The notes: generated by a model not told the origin, from the sequence alone. A DNA stretch of 64,000 bases from Hydrolagus colliei (GCA_035084275.1 CM068765.1:5456001-5520000), one strand, 5' to 3'. Shown: positions 39,566 to 52,114, numbered from the stretch's first letter. Program-made: numbers and translations.

Positions 39566-42119
39566 GCAGAATTTATCAGGTACAGTTCAGCAAGAGCCAA
39601 GGCTTCTGGACCCCACAGTTTGTGTTGGGATAGTGCTGGAGTCTAGCCAACTGAAGCAGCTTGCTGTCTGGCAACCTTTCCCGCTGCTTGTCCAGCTGGG
39701 ACCATCCTACCAGTTAGGGCTTTGGCTTGCAAGTTGAACAGAAGCAGAGTGAGAGGATTCACTGCCACATTAACTGGTCTGCCCTTCCAAGTCCTGCCGA
39801 TGAGCCAGCCTGTTGTGAAGATACAGACATCTCCAGCTTGGGGAAAGATGACGCCAGGATAGATCGGCTACAATTAAATCACCCAGGGTGGGTTTCAAAT
39901 AAACGTAGCGATCACATATCAAGAGAATAGTAATAATAATCTTATGAAAAATTAATTAAACTTGCGTTTGAGACATTTTGACATGAAAAGGCACTATATC
40001 AAATGCAAGAATCAATGCCTAATACAGATGAGGATACTTGGGTCTATTTGATCTCTGATTGTGCAACTTTATGCAAAGTTAATTTAACACATTATCGCAT
40101 CATTGAAACATCTCACAGCCTTTACTATAAAGCGTAGTGACTATTTTGTGTGGTGAACGAGGGGTTATCATTATCTGAGGGGTTGTTGGCCAGAACAATG
40201 GGCGAAACACCCTTCCGCTTTTCGGATGGGTGCCGCTAGATCTTTAATGTCAGGCTGGACAGGCAGGATAGGGGATAAATCGGATTTTCTAGCCTTGCCC
40301 AGAGAATTTACAGCGTCGTTCAGGGTCAGTCTTGAATTAGAGGTGGTCCTCTGAGATGTCAGATGACGAGCATTGCTACAATGTGCCACTACAGTGCTCC
40401 AGTGTATTTGCTTACACAACATCCGCACACAGCTACAGCTGCTGTCCCAGTGACAGGTTGCAACATTAAACATTTAACAGTAAAGTTCCAATCAATCCAG
40501 TGGCGATTATATCGGAGAGAGCTGGCAGGTATAGAATAACAGCAGGCACACAAAGGAGACAAGGGGCTTGGAGGTGCAGCAGAACCACAGCACTGAGCCG
40601 ACGCAAGCCAATTCAGTCCGATATTTCTTTGGCATTTTTTGAAACAAGAGGAATTAGCTCATTTTGATCGAGCGAATTCACAAATCATAGAGAGATTACA
40701 GCTGGTGCTCGCGACTCCACTGGAGCTCTCTAGCCTAATTCCATTGTCTGTGTCTACATCATCGCCTCAGGCTTATGAACTCCTTTTTATACATTCATTC
40801 TAACAATTGTAATGACACTAGGTTTAAGTTCTCCTAATCATTTCATATTGCAACACTTTTTATATAGTGTCCTTCAAGCAGGGTAGTACCAGAAAACATA
40901 GTTATCGCTCCCAGTTATAATAATAATAATCCTTGCATTTGATATAGCGCTTTTCACATCTTCTAGACGTCTCAAAGTTATGTGGTTCAGTGTGCAGCAG
41001 CCTCTCCTGTGGATCAGAAGGTTATGGGTTTAAGTCGCACTTAAAACTTTAGCTTGCAGACTCGTCTTGACACTAAACTGCTGGTGCAGTTGCACAATCA
41101 GAGATCAAATAGATCCAAGGATCCTCATCCATATTAGGCCTTGATTCTTGCATTTGATATAGAGCCTCAAAATGTCTCAAACACAAGATTAATTGTAAAG
41201 TGGAGTGACTGTATATTTTGCAGGCGAGCACAGCAACCCAATTTGCACGCTGCAATGTCCCGTAAATAACTATGGAGTAAATTACCAATATTTCAACTGA
41301 ATGATTTTCTTCGCCAGAAAATCCATTCTCTGTTGAATTTTACCTGGGGGATTGTTGGCTAACATTGCTGGGGAAATTCTTTCTCTTTTCAAACAGCGGC
41401 ATGGGATGTTTAACGCCCATGCGAACGGGCAGACAAGACCTTAGGCAGGCAAACCTCATGCTTAAGACGGCACCTCCGACAATCCAGTACTACTTCAGCC
41501 TGAGCTCCAAACAACAACAAAATTATATTTGTACAGGGCCTTTCATGTTGGGAGGATGTCCCAAGGCGCTGAAACCCTCTAACACAGAGATGAGCACGCT
41601 ACCACGTCAGCTAGACTGATACGGTTTCCTACTTGGTGCAGGACTCACAAGGTCAGTACTCGGACAGTCCCTCCTAACGGTTAGAGAAATGCTGAGATAC
41701 CACACATTGCTTTTTTCTTTCCTCCTCAAGAGTTAACTGTGAGCACAAAACTACATTCTAGCTTTCCTAGTATTAATCCTCGATTCCCCACTCGCCGCAT
41801 GAGTTTGTCAATGAGATAGATGTGAAGTGTAAACACCTGCGCAGACTGGCTGGGATGAATGACTTATTTCGATGCTGTACATCCGTGTAAACTCAGCCCT
41901 GCACTGCGGTGCGGGAGACTGTGAGCCACTGACCCGGGGTTTGAACCAAAAGCCATCTGATTCAGAGGCCAGATCGCAAACAACTGAGCCAGGCTGACAC
42001 ACACCTCTGCGCACGTAAACTCTCTCGACTGGGGAGACATTCAGGGAGAGTCCGAGAGGAGCCCTCACCAAACACCCCCAGCTCCACAGAAAGAGATGTA
42101 TTTCCCTCTTAGCCCCCAG

Positions 42120-42405
42120 CTCTGCCCCCCCCCCCCCCCTCCCGGGCCCTGCCCCCCCCCCCCCTCCCGGGCCCTGACCCCCCCCCTCACCCTCCCTTCC
42201 CCGGCTCTGACCCCCCCCCCTCACCCTCCCCTCCCCGGCTCTGAACCCCCACTCCTCACCCTCCCCTCCCAGGCCCTGACCCCCTCTCACCCTCCCCTCC
42301 CGGGCTCTGACCCCCCCCCCCCCCCTCACCCTCCCCTCCCGGGCCCTGACCCCCCACCCGCTCACCCTCCCCTCCCTTTCCGGACCCTGACCCCCCCCCC
42401 CCCCT
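42120..42405. repeat. C-rich minisatellite in PTPA intron 1
   Basis: Repeated CTCACCCTCCCCTCCCGGGCCCTGACCCCC units. Confidence 0.9.
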
Positions 42406-42573
42406 CACACATTCCCTCTCATCTCGCCGCCTCCGCGGTGGGTGGGGAGGGGGGGGAGAGGCTGAAGCTGCAGCTATCAATATATAAAGCCGCCGAGAGT
42501 GTACGTGTTCCGGCTGAAGCCTCCCGGCCTGACCGGCTCGGTGGGCGTGAGGCTGACAAACACCGGCACTGAC

Positions 42574-42595
42574 CTGACTCACTGGAATCCGCCAT
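42574..42595 (-). CDS. PTPA: PTPA coding exon 1 (MADSSES-G)
   Basis: ATG GCG GAT TCC AGT GAG TCA G|gtcagt; phase 1 matches exon 2; lies in a CpG-rich region next to ETS motifs. Confidence 0.75.
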
Positions 42596-43649
42596 AGCTC
42601 CCCAGGCAACACCTCCACCCGGAAACGGAAGCGCTTCTCACCGGAAATGGATAGCAGCCGCTTATACCTCCCATCGCAGCCCCTCCCCCTCAGCCCCTCC
42701 CCCCTTCGGCCCCGCCCCATAGCTCCACCTACCCTCTCCCTCAGCCCCTCCCCCTCAGCCACTCACGCCACAGCCCCTCCCCCCATAGCTCCACCTACCC
42801 TCTCCCTCAGCCCCTCCCCCTCAGCCACTCACGCCACAGCCCCTCCCCCCATAGCTCCACCCACCCTCTCCCTCAGCCCCTCCCCCTCAACTCCTACCAC
42901 CCTCTCCTTCATTCCCGCCTCCTCAGCCCCTCCTCATCAGCCCCTCCCCATCACAGCCCCTCCCCCCTCAGTCCCCGCACCCTCAGCGCCTCCCCCTCAG
43001 CGCCTCCCCCTCAGCCCCTTCCTCAGCACCACCCATCCTCTCCCTTAGCCCCTCCCACCCTCAGCCCCACCCCTCCCTTAGCCCCTCCCACCCACTAAGC
43101 CCCACCCCTCTCCCTCAGCCCCTCCCCTTCCTGTTAGCCCCTCCCCCGGCTCAGTCTTTGCCGTCACCACAACTCCAACCTTGATAACACAGTTCTCATT
43201 ATGAACAATCGTCTTATTATTTCACTATGGTTACCGCAGCTGTCATAACCCGCCCCCGTGCGCGCGCACCTCCCGCTAACATCCTGAGGGGCAAATCTTC
43301 ATCCGCATTGACTCACCATCTCACAGTCTTTGCAGAAAGGTATGTCGCTGAGGGGACGGCTTGGGCGATTAATGCGGTGGTGGAGAAGAGCGGGGGGAGG
43401 CTCTGTTACCGGCTGTGTTGGGAGGGGGTGGGGGTGGAGATGGAAGGGGTTGCGGAGACGCCCCGCACAAACATGGCGGCTGCCGTGCCCCGCTGATTGG
43501 CTCAGCGTAGTGCAGTGGTTGGCTGGTGAGGACGTTCCTCACGTGGCTGCTCCTCTCCCCCCCCTCCCACTTGGTGTCAAAGTTTGGAGTTTTGGCCTTG
43601 AAACTTGTTGTTTTTCCCGGAGCAGTTCCCACCCTGGAGCCCAGAGACC
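42596..43649. promoter_or_regulatory. PTPA/CRAT bidirectional promoter region
   Basis: Divergent ATGs about 1.05 kb apart; CpG-rich; three ETS/GABP-type CGGAA motifs at 42619-42648; YY1-type AAACATGGCGGC at 43469-43480; ATTGG at 43496-43500. Confidence 0.75.
42676..43148. repeat. C-rich minisatellite between the PTPA and CRAT first exons
   Basis: CAGCCCCTCCCCCT units with a higher-order repeat of about 65 bp starting near 42716, 42781 and 42847. Confidence 0.9.
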
Positions 43650-43676
43650 ATGTTGGCTTCAGGAGGACGGGCCGTG
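43650..43676 (+). CDS. CRAT: CRAT coding exon 1 (MLASGGRAV, start of mitochondrial presequence)
   Basis: ACC ATG TTG GCT TCA GGA GGA CGG GCC GTG|gtaagt; 27 nt, phase 0, equivalent to mammalian MLAFAARTV. Confidence 0.85.
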
Positions 43677-44576
43677 GTAAGTCCGAGGCTTTTTTTTTCT
43701 TTAGCCAATTAAAGGAGTGGGTTAATCAGACACCGTTACCGCCAATGTTAGGGAAGCTTGTAAACAAGGGGCTGGGGCAGCAGGAAGGGGAGCTGACTCC
43801 ATTCTAAATGAGGTGTTTACAACGGCAAAGTCGCACTCGAGCAGGGTCTTTCAAGTAATAAGGATAACAACAACATTGCATTGATAGAGCGACTCGAAGT
43901 GCTTGAAAAGTGCAATCGATGGCTTGTGTGTGTGGATTAGTTGCCCTTTCTAGGCTGTAGCCCGTGTTGATGTGCCCATGTCACATAGGCCTGATGACAG
44001 CTCTCAAACGCGTTGACCTCTAATGATTGAGGGGCTAGGCGGGTTGTAGCTTGTGGTTGATCAGTTATTTAGCCATTGTGCCTGTGTTAACCCGGCCGCC
44101 TAGTTGTTGTTATTGGCGTGGGGAATAGTGACAGCACCTTGACGTGTTTGTTTTCAGTTAGAGAGAGACTTTTGTGTTTTTTGTCACACCTTTTCAATCG
44201 GAAACACACCTGGAAAAAACGTTGACATTTTCCTAATTTCCCTGCCTTTTTTTTTAATAGTACAGAAATACTTATAGACACAGCACCATATCATGTTGTT
44301 GAGATGTCGTCTCAAAGCGCTTCACAGAATATACAGTAAAGTGGATTGACTATATTTTGTGGGCAAAACACGGCAGCCATTTGTGCACAGCAGTGACCAC
44401 TAACAGTTGCGGATTGAGTGACTACATTTTTTTTCCTTATTTAAACACTTGTGTTTTTTCAATATGGAAAAGTGGTGACATTGCACACAGTGACATTGAG
44501 ATTGGTTGGCGAGTCTGCGCGAGCGGATCTCACAGACTGTATTTCTGTCACTCTTCATGAAGAGGAACTCCTTTGT

Positions 44577-44902
44577 GGAGCTCCTGTGGCTCAGTGGTTA
44601 GAGCACTTGTCTTGCAAGCTGGGGAGATCTGTGTTCAAATCCAGGCAGGTCAGGGCGAAACCTTGGGCAAGTTTCCTTACTCCACATGCCTAATAATAAT
44701 CCCTCCAAAAAAAAACACAATAATAAAATTGGTCATTTCAATCCACGACTGTGTGTGGGACACTGCTGTGCGCAATTGGCTGCCGTGATTCACCCACAAA
44801 TATATACAGTCAATTCACTTTACAGTATATTCTGTGACGCGCTTTGGGACGTTGATAAGATGTGGAAAGCGCTATATCAAATGCAAGGATTATTATTATT
44901 AT
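44577..44902 (+). mobile_element. Full-length tRNA-derived SINE with L2-type tail
   Basis: Box A TGGCTCAGTGG, box B GTTCAAATCC, Deu-like GCTGTGCGCAATTGGCTGCC core, tail ...GCGCTATATCAAATGCAAGG(ATT)n. Confidence 0.9.
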
Positions 44903-45109
44903 AAGATTCGTATTAGGATACAATTTCACCCGTGCCCTTCAGTTTCCCTTTGTGAATGCATTGTACCTTCTGCTGGGTAAACATTAAAAACTACCTTCTC
45001 AGAAGGTAAACGTTATTGGAGATCTGCCAGTGTTGAATGCACACTGTGAACTACTTTTCAAAATGCTGAACTTATCAAAGCTGATACTCCAAGGAGACAC
45101 ACATCCTCT

Positions 45110-45690
45110 ATATAATAATATATATACACACACACCCTAATATATACACACACCATATGTATACATGCTCACCCCACATACACACACACACACAACACAC
45201 ACCCCACATACACACACACCCCACACACACACATGCACAACACACACCCCACATACACCCCACATACACACGTATATACACGCACAACACACATCCCACA
45301 TACACACACACATACCCCACATACACACACACACACACCCCACATACACACATACACACACGCACAACACACACCCCACATCCACACACACACCCCACAT
45401 ACTAACAACAACAACTTTGATTTATATAGCACCCTCCATGCCGGACAGCGTCTCAGAGCGCTTCACAATAACAGATCCTTATATGTACACACACACACCC
45501 CACACCCACACACACCTCACATACATACACACACCCCATACGCACCCCCTGTATAAACCCACCCTATAGACACACAGCCTCTATATATATGCACGCAGCC
45601 CCTATATACACACAGCCCCTATATACACACAGTCCCTATATACACACAGTCCCTATATACACACACACTCTATATACACCCCACCCCTAT
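45110..45690. repeat. CA/TA-rich low-complexity tract in CRAT intron 1
   Basis: CACACACCCCACATA-type units. Confidence 0.9.
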
Positions 45691-46919
45691 ATGCAAAACA
45701 ACATATGGCTTTATATAGCGCCCTTATGCATGTCTGGGCAATGATTGGGGCTAAGGGCTATGCACACTCAGAGCAGGATATTAAAAGCAGAAAATATATT
45801 AAGAAATGAAAACGGAATACAGTGGACAGTTGAATTCTGCTTGAGTGTTTGAGTTCCTGAGTGGAATTCCTGTGACTGCGTTCTGGAGAGCTAAATGTTA
45901 CATAAATAGATTTGAGCCAGATACAGCTCCCTGTGTAACTCAAGTGGGACCAGAAAAGAGCAGCTAAGCCAAGTCAAATCAGTTTTACATTTCCTCTGTC
46001 TGACCAGCAGCTGTTCGCTCACAGTGACAGCTGTACTCCAATGCAGTGCCGGGGATGCCCAGCAATGCCCCAAATAAAATTAGTCGCTCACTTCATGGCT
46101 GTTTGTCGGATGTTGCTCAGTACCAATTGTCTGCTGTATTTCAAAGAGTACACCGCACTTTACAGAAAAACTCTGAAACACTTTAAGATGTTTCGACACG
46201 GTAAGGCACTGTGTCAATTCTATTGGAGCATCCAGGGACTAGCAAGCTCCCAAGCTCTCCAATCTATATAAGCCGGGCAGTAAAATCGTTGGTGCTGGTT
46301 TTGTTTTGTTTTGTTTCTGACAGATGTAGAACGAGGGAGGAAAAGAATGATAAGCGTATAGTCTTCAATTCATGTGTGGGTCAACACTGGTCTGACCAGG
46401 GCGGGAATAGAGGGGCATTGCTTTTGGCTTTTATATATTGTTCGCACCATGGATAGGAAGGAAGAACCCCAGAAGGTACAGTATGAATTCTTACAAATCC
46501 AAACCTGTTGAGAATCAGAGGAGAGGCAGTGGCAGGTGCTAACCATGTGCTTAGACTAACCTCAAATTTTCTCTTCAATTTCCAACTAACAACTTGCTGG
46601 CATGGTAGGGGTCAGTGCCTTTATATCTAGTCTGTTGCAGACTTGAAAACCGTCTCGTACAGTATTCATAAAAGATGACTTCAGATAAGAGTTGAAATTT
46701 GGACTTGGGATTATTGACCAGGAAATATCTGGTTAGCAAACTTAACAATAGACATCGAGTCTCAAGAGATAATCAGAAGAGAGAGGGGGAAAGAAAGCGG
46801 AAGCTCCTCCCCAACCATTGGCAGCTCACTGATACTTCCCGGTAATTTTACCATGGAGTGGTAAGGTTCAGGTAAGGAAATGGCAAACTAGCCTCTGAGG
46901 GTAAGCACTGAAGATTCAC

Positions 46920-47195
46920 TACAACCACAACAACAAAATGACACTTGTATAGCACCTTTCACGTCAGTAGGACGGACAGTCTGTTTCAAATCCGAGCTGG
47001 AGAAGGTGGAGGGAAAGGAGGGGATTTGGGGTGAACGCTGGGACCGTCAAAGAGGAGTGTCTTGAGGCAGGACTTGAAGGATGCCAGGGAGGGGGCAAGG
47101 TGGAGGGACTATGGGATGGAGTTCCAGAGGTTGGGGGCAGAGAGGCTGAAGGCTCGCCTACCAAGGGTGGGTCGGGGAACGTGGAGCAGGCCAGA
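46920..47195 (-). mobile_element. L2 LINE 3' fragment
   Basis: RRAFSLSAPNLWNSIP translation and tail motif. Confidence 0.8.
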
Positions 47196-48285
47196 GACCA
47201 GATTAGAACATGAGATCAATAGGTTTAGCTGTGATGAGAGTCCGGGTAAAGTTATCCTGGGTTCACTAAGGAGGTAAATGGTGCTTAATAAAAATGGAAT
47301 TGATATGTTGCTACCAAAGTCTCTGCTGGCTAGATAGAGGATGGTTCCTCCCTCTGGTAGACAGGTAAAAAAAAACAATTGGACTTTGTGTTTCAAACTG
47401 GTGTATTTCTCCACCTGAACCACCAAGTCTAATCCTACGCTCCTCTCTCACAATTACTTTTTCGCACAATTACCTAATTCTTTTTTGTTAAGTCATATAT
47501 TAAATGGAATTTGCTTGAACCCCTTAGCTAACCAACAGCTCACTCGCTGTCTTGTACACGTTTCTACCTTGGGGTCTGGACGGGGAATGATGTGTTCCCA
47601 ATCAGAGATGGGCAGGAGGCTTACAGTAGCTAATGAAGTGTGCAGTCTGTTTGTTCATGTACCTGCCTCTTATTCCTGTATGACGTTCGCTCGCAACCAA
47701 CCATTTGCGGCCAAATCGTGTCAATTTGATGTCAGGAGATATTGCCCGATACCCATTGTCACATCAAAACAATCACACTTGTTGATAGTTGACCAGAACT
47801 AACTCCCTCCTTTCCCGCCCCCCCCCCCCCCCAAATACAACTGTGTACATCACAAGGATCAATATGGGTTTGAAGGTATTTTGAAGAGGTGATACAATGC
47901 AGGTCTGAGGCTGCGTTGACATTCATTGACCTTTAGCGTGTCACGGCTGGCATATCCTGTATCTTTTAACATTTAGTGGCTCCTCAGTCATGTTCATTAT
48001 CCAATGATCATTGTGCAAGACAACACAGGGCATATTAGTGCTCAAATGTACAGTTTACTTTTAACCTTTAAAAGCAGTTGAAGAACATAGCTTCACACCA
48101 CTGATTGTCTAGGGGGCAAGTCATCTTGTTCACCTCTTCGTGACCTTGGTGTTGGGTCCCTGCTCTTTCGGTAGAGTAATGGAGAGTGACAATAAGGGGC
48201 TGGAGAGCAAAGCGTTAGGAAGAGATAGGGTGGTTCCTAGGAGTTAGTCTGCTGCTAGCCTGTTCCTCTCTTTGTTTTATTCCAG

Positions 48286-48564
48286 GTCAAACGAGTCTTG
48301 GAGAAGGGCAAATGCTTGGTGAGGCCAGTAGCTCCTACCAGGATTCCTGGCAGGTACCTCGCACATCAAAAGAGTCTACCTTTACTACCGGTGCCACCTC
48401 TCAAGCAAACCTTAGCGCGCTATCTCCAGGTTTTGGAGCCCATCACGAGCGTAGAGGAGCTGGAAAACACTAGACAGATAGTGGAGGAGTTCAGCAAACC
48501 GGGGGGCGCGGGAGAGAGACTTCAAATGAGTTTGGAAAGACGAGCGAAGAAGACTGAAAACTGG
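48286..48564 (+). CDS. CRAT: CRAT coding exon 2
   Basis: VKRV...AHQKSLPLLPVPPLKQTLARYL...ERRAKKTENW; carries the carnitine acyltransferase LPxLPVPPL signature. Confidence 0.95.
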
Positions 48565-48948
48565 GTACGTGTATGGTTCTTCATTCTTTTTGTTGAAATT
48601 ATCAATTTGGTGGTACCACCCCCAGAGAGAGAGAAAGAGAGAATGATTGTACCAGCCATTGTCGGGATGCTGTTGTTATTATTGTGGGGCAAATCGGTGT
48701 TGCACAGCTACAGACAAGCCAGAGAGGAACTGAGAGCAGGAATGTGCCTGCACTGGGAGAGGAAAAATCCAAAAGTGAATGCTCTTTGGAGCCACTTAAT
48801 GTCCCTCCAAATGGTCAGTTCCTGTGCAGGATCGGTAGATGCTCATTGCCTAGGACTGGGAGTGAGTGGGAATGGTTGCGTGAGAGAATACTTCCTGCAG
48901 CAGAAACATTCTTTGCTCAGATCTTTTTGTTATGCGGTTGCTCCTCAG

Positions 48949-49067
48949 CTCTCTGAATGGTGGCTGAAGACGGCCTATCTGGATTTCAGGCTCCCCGTGG
49001 TGATTAACTCCAGCCCCGGAGTGGTGTTGCCAAAACAGGACTACCATGACCGCCAAGGACAGCTCAG
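48949..49067 (+). CDS. CRAT: CRAT coding exon 3
   Basis: LSEWWLKTAYLDFRLPVVINSSPGVVLPKQDYHDRQGQL(R), 119 nt. Confidence 0.95.
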
Positions 49068-50659
49068 GTAACTGAAGCCAGTGGCTCCAATCGCACAGTA
49101 AGCTCGCAAACAGGAATGTAAAATGCAGGAACAGGGGGAACAGGCCATTAAGCCGTAGGTCTTAGATCTTGGCAGAAGTTTTATTCCCAATACTCCTTTG
49201 CCAACCCCATTTTTAGTTCCAGCCCCTCCCCCAAGTCTCTGTCTATCTTTCTGTTAGTATCCCTATTGTTTGTGCGTCTACTGCTTTGCAAACCGGAGCA
49301 TTGGACATCTTCACGACACTGTTTCTTGGCTTCTGCTCTAACTGTCTTGATTCGGGTTCGCTCCCATGTAAAGGATCAGAGGGAAGAGTCGCCCATTCTG
49401 ACATGGGAATTCTTTGTCATTAGTTCAAATGCCTCGCTCAAATCTATCTCGTAACTTTCTCTGCTCCGAGGAACGTCTCCTAAATAATTCCGGGGCTTTG
49501 AGGGTTTTCACGTTATCAAATTCAACACCATTCATTGCCCACTAGGTGGTGCTGTCATTAACCACTTCAGCCCAGGGTACCGTGTTTAGCCTAACATTGA
49601 CATCACTGCAAATTCTGTAAATGTTGGAGTGAAGGAGAGTTTATTCAAGGGCAGTGGGTAAATGCTGCCTTTATTGCGTTACGGTAATAATACTCATTAT
49701 ACCATATCATTAGCCAGTTGCACGCAGTCATGCTCCACAAACAGTCGCGAAATTGAGTGGCCAAATTATTATTTAAGGGGAGTTCTGTATTCTAATCCCA
49801 TTCACCCGCTCTTTTCCCTCCATCCTTGGTGTTAGCTTCCCTACTAGAGCTGTCTGATCCCATTCGCATTGTCCCTGCTCTTTAATATTATTGTTCTTCA
49901 AGTATTTCATTCAATGAAATACTTGGTGTACGTTGGGTTACGCAGCACAAGCAGTTATAACATGCTTCATTACAGCGCCTGGTCTGTTTAGAACATGGAT
50001 AGGGTTTACCCGTGTGGAGGCAGCTATCGTTTCCTGCGCTAATTGGCTCCCATGCTAAAACTGGTCGATTTCCAGCTTACTCGGTTACCAATGACTCGCT
50101 TCCCATGTGTTGTCGACTGTGCCCTGATGACCCCTCAGTTTGCAGATCAGGAAGCGAGCACATGTAGTGAAATGGAATAGTACGTGCTTGTTTTATGGTT
50201 CGCTGGGATTTTAATGGATCCTCAAGCATTGCATTTACCTTATGCGGTCAAATCTTATGACTCAATTATATTATCTTGGGCTGCTTTTTTGGAGACATCC
50301 GTCCGTCCCACTCTTGTTTGTCGTCCAGCTCTCCACAGCGCAGCTCTGACGGGGTGACTGACCCATGTACAGGGTGAGGTTTGTCTTACAGGTATCCCTC
50401 TGGCACCGACCCTAGCCGCTATTTCTGGACGTTCCCAAGGCAGTTGAGTTCACCTACAGGTTGTGTTGACTTTCACCGAGTGTCAGACTCAGATTGCCAG
50501 GGCTGCACCCAACACAGTCTTCAGCCTGGCTCAGTGGGTTGCACTGAGTCTCTGCTCTGCCTCAGAAGGTTGTGGGTTCAGGCTCCACGTCGGAACTCGT
50601 ATCATCTATCCTGCCTCTCCAATGCAGTGCTGGGGGTGTGCTGCGGTTTTGGAGGTGTC

Positions 50660-50990
50660 ACTCCTCCTGTGGCTTAGTGGTGAGAGTACTTGTCTTGCAG
50701 GCTGGGGAGACCAAGCTGGGGAAACCTGTGTTCGAATCCAGGCAGGTCAGGGCGAAACCTTGGGAAAGTTTCCTTACTCCACACGCCTAATAATAATCCC
50801 TCAAAAAAAAACACAATAATAAAATTGGTCATTTCAATCCACAACTGTTTGTGGGATGCTGCTGTGCGCAATTGGCTGCTGCGATTCGCCCACAAATATA
50901 CAGTCAATTCACTTTACAGTATATTCTGTGAAGCGCTTTGAGACGTTGATAAGATGTGAAAAGCGCTATATCAAATGCAAGGATTATTAT
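50660..50990 (+). mobile_element. Full-length SINE of the same family, inserted in an older Deu-type SINE (about 50520-51165)
   Basis: Near-identical to 44577-44902. The flanks continue as an older SINE (GTGGGTTCA head; GGCACTGTTTGAAAAGAG..CCTGGCCAAC Deu domain). Confidence 0.88.
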
Positions 50991-51301
50991 CCTTCGAGGA
51001 ACCACTAAGCTGAAGTCCCCTATGGTTTAGGTGGGGACATGGCACTGTTTGAAAAGAGAGAAGGGAGTTTTCTCTCCCAGTTTCCTGGCCAACAATCCCC
51101 AAAATAAATTGGCCATTCACTCCATGGCTGTTTATGGGTCATTACTGTGTGCAAATTAGCTGTCAAGTATCACTTGCGGATCAGGGGAGGTTATCTCATG
51201 TTCTCAAAGTGTCTTTGACGGGTCAAGCTTATTGTCCTTTGCTAAAGATTACAGTCACACCACTTTTTTTTCTCTCTCTGTCTCTCTCTCTCTCTCTGCA
51301 G

Positions 51302-51355
51302 ATTTGCTGCTAAGTTGATTTCTGGCGTCCTGGATTTTAAAACCATGATTGACCA
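51302..51355 (+). CDS. CRAT: CRAT coding exon 4
   Basis: FAAKLISGVLDFKTMID(H), 54 nt, AG/GT bounded. Confidence 0.93.
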
Positions 51356-52114
51356 GTAAGTACCAAACAACATAAAATCTTCTTAGATTTTGCTTCACGT
51401 TTTTGTTCCAGTCTAACCTGCCTGCGACGTTCCTCGCTGTGCTCGGTTGCAAAGCCGGGCTATTAAACCCTAGGTGGGCTTTGGATGAGGGTGAGATGAT
51501 CGGGGCTGGAGTTCAGATGGGAGTACACTGCTGCTGGAGGGAGATCTTGAAGAGCAGGTGGGGTGGCTGCTTCTGCAGGAAGGAGGAGGTTGGGGAAAAA
51601 TTGTGGGATATGCTGGAGGACGGGAGGAAAGCCAGTACTGTATTTTCTAGGCCAACCCCGTACAATTGGTGGCCTGGCCTGAGCATGGTATCATCCATCA
51701 CGGGAACCATTTCCAACATTGGACCATTCTCTCGCTCCCTCCCTTGCAGTGAAGCGCCCACTCATTACAGCAGCTCAATCCACAGGGAGTGGAAATAATG
51801 CTGCAGTCTGTCTGGGAGCCCCTCTCGAGCTGAGGGGAAGGTAAACGGGTCTCCTTACCAACCGCCGGAGAGTAGCCATTCCCCCTTGCCAGATAGTGAC
51901 CTGTGCTGGAAGGCTATCAGGGAAGCCAGCCAATGAAAGCTAAGCTCAACGATGGTCGAGGATGATTTTGACCTGAGGGATAAAAGCAGCAGGTTTGAAC
52001 TCATTGTACCATACCATCCACCACCATCGCTGATTTCTGTACCTCCGGTTGCTCATTCAGTGTTGCTGCGCAGATAATGACTCTTCTCTCTCTTGTTTTC
52101 TCTCCTCCCTTCAG

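Noticed and set aside
43311-43322. Minus-strand ATG|GTGAGT as an alternative PTPA first coding exon
   Set aside because: Phase 0 is incompatible with phase-1 exon 2; could only be non-coding and has no other support.
43473-43496. ATG in strong context (MAAAVPR*) as the CRAT start
   Set aside because: Stops after 7 codons; better explained as a YY1 motif or a uORF.
43991-44016. CTGATGA...AAACGCGTT hammerhead-like motif
   Set aside because: Lacks the G of GAAA and a convincing stem II.
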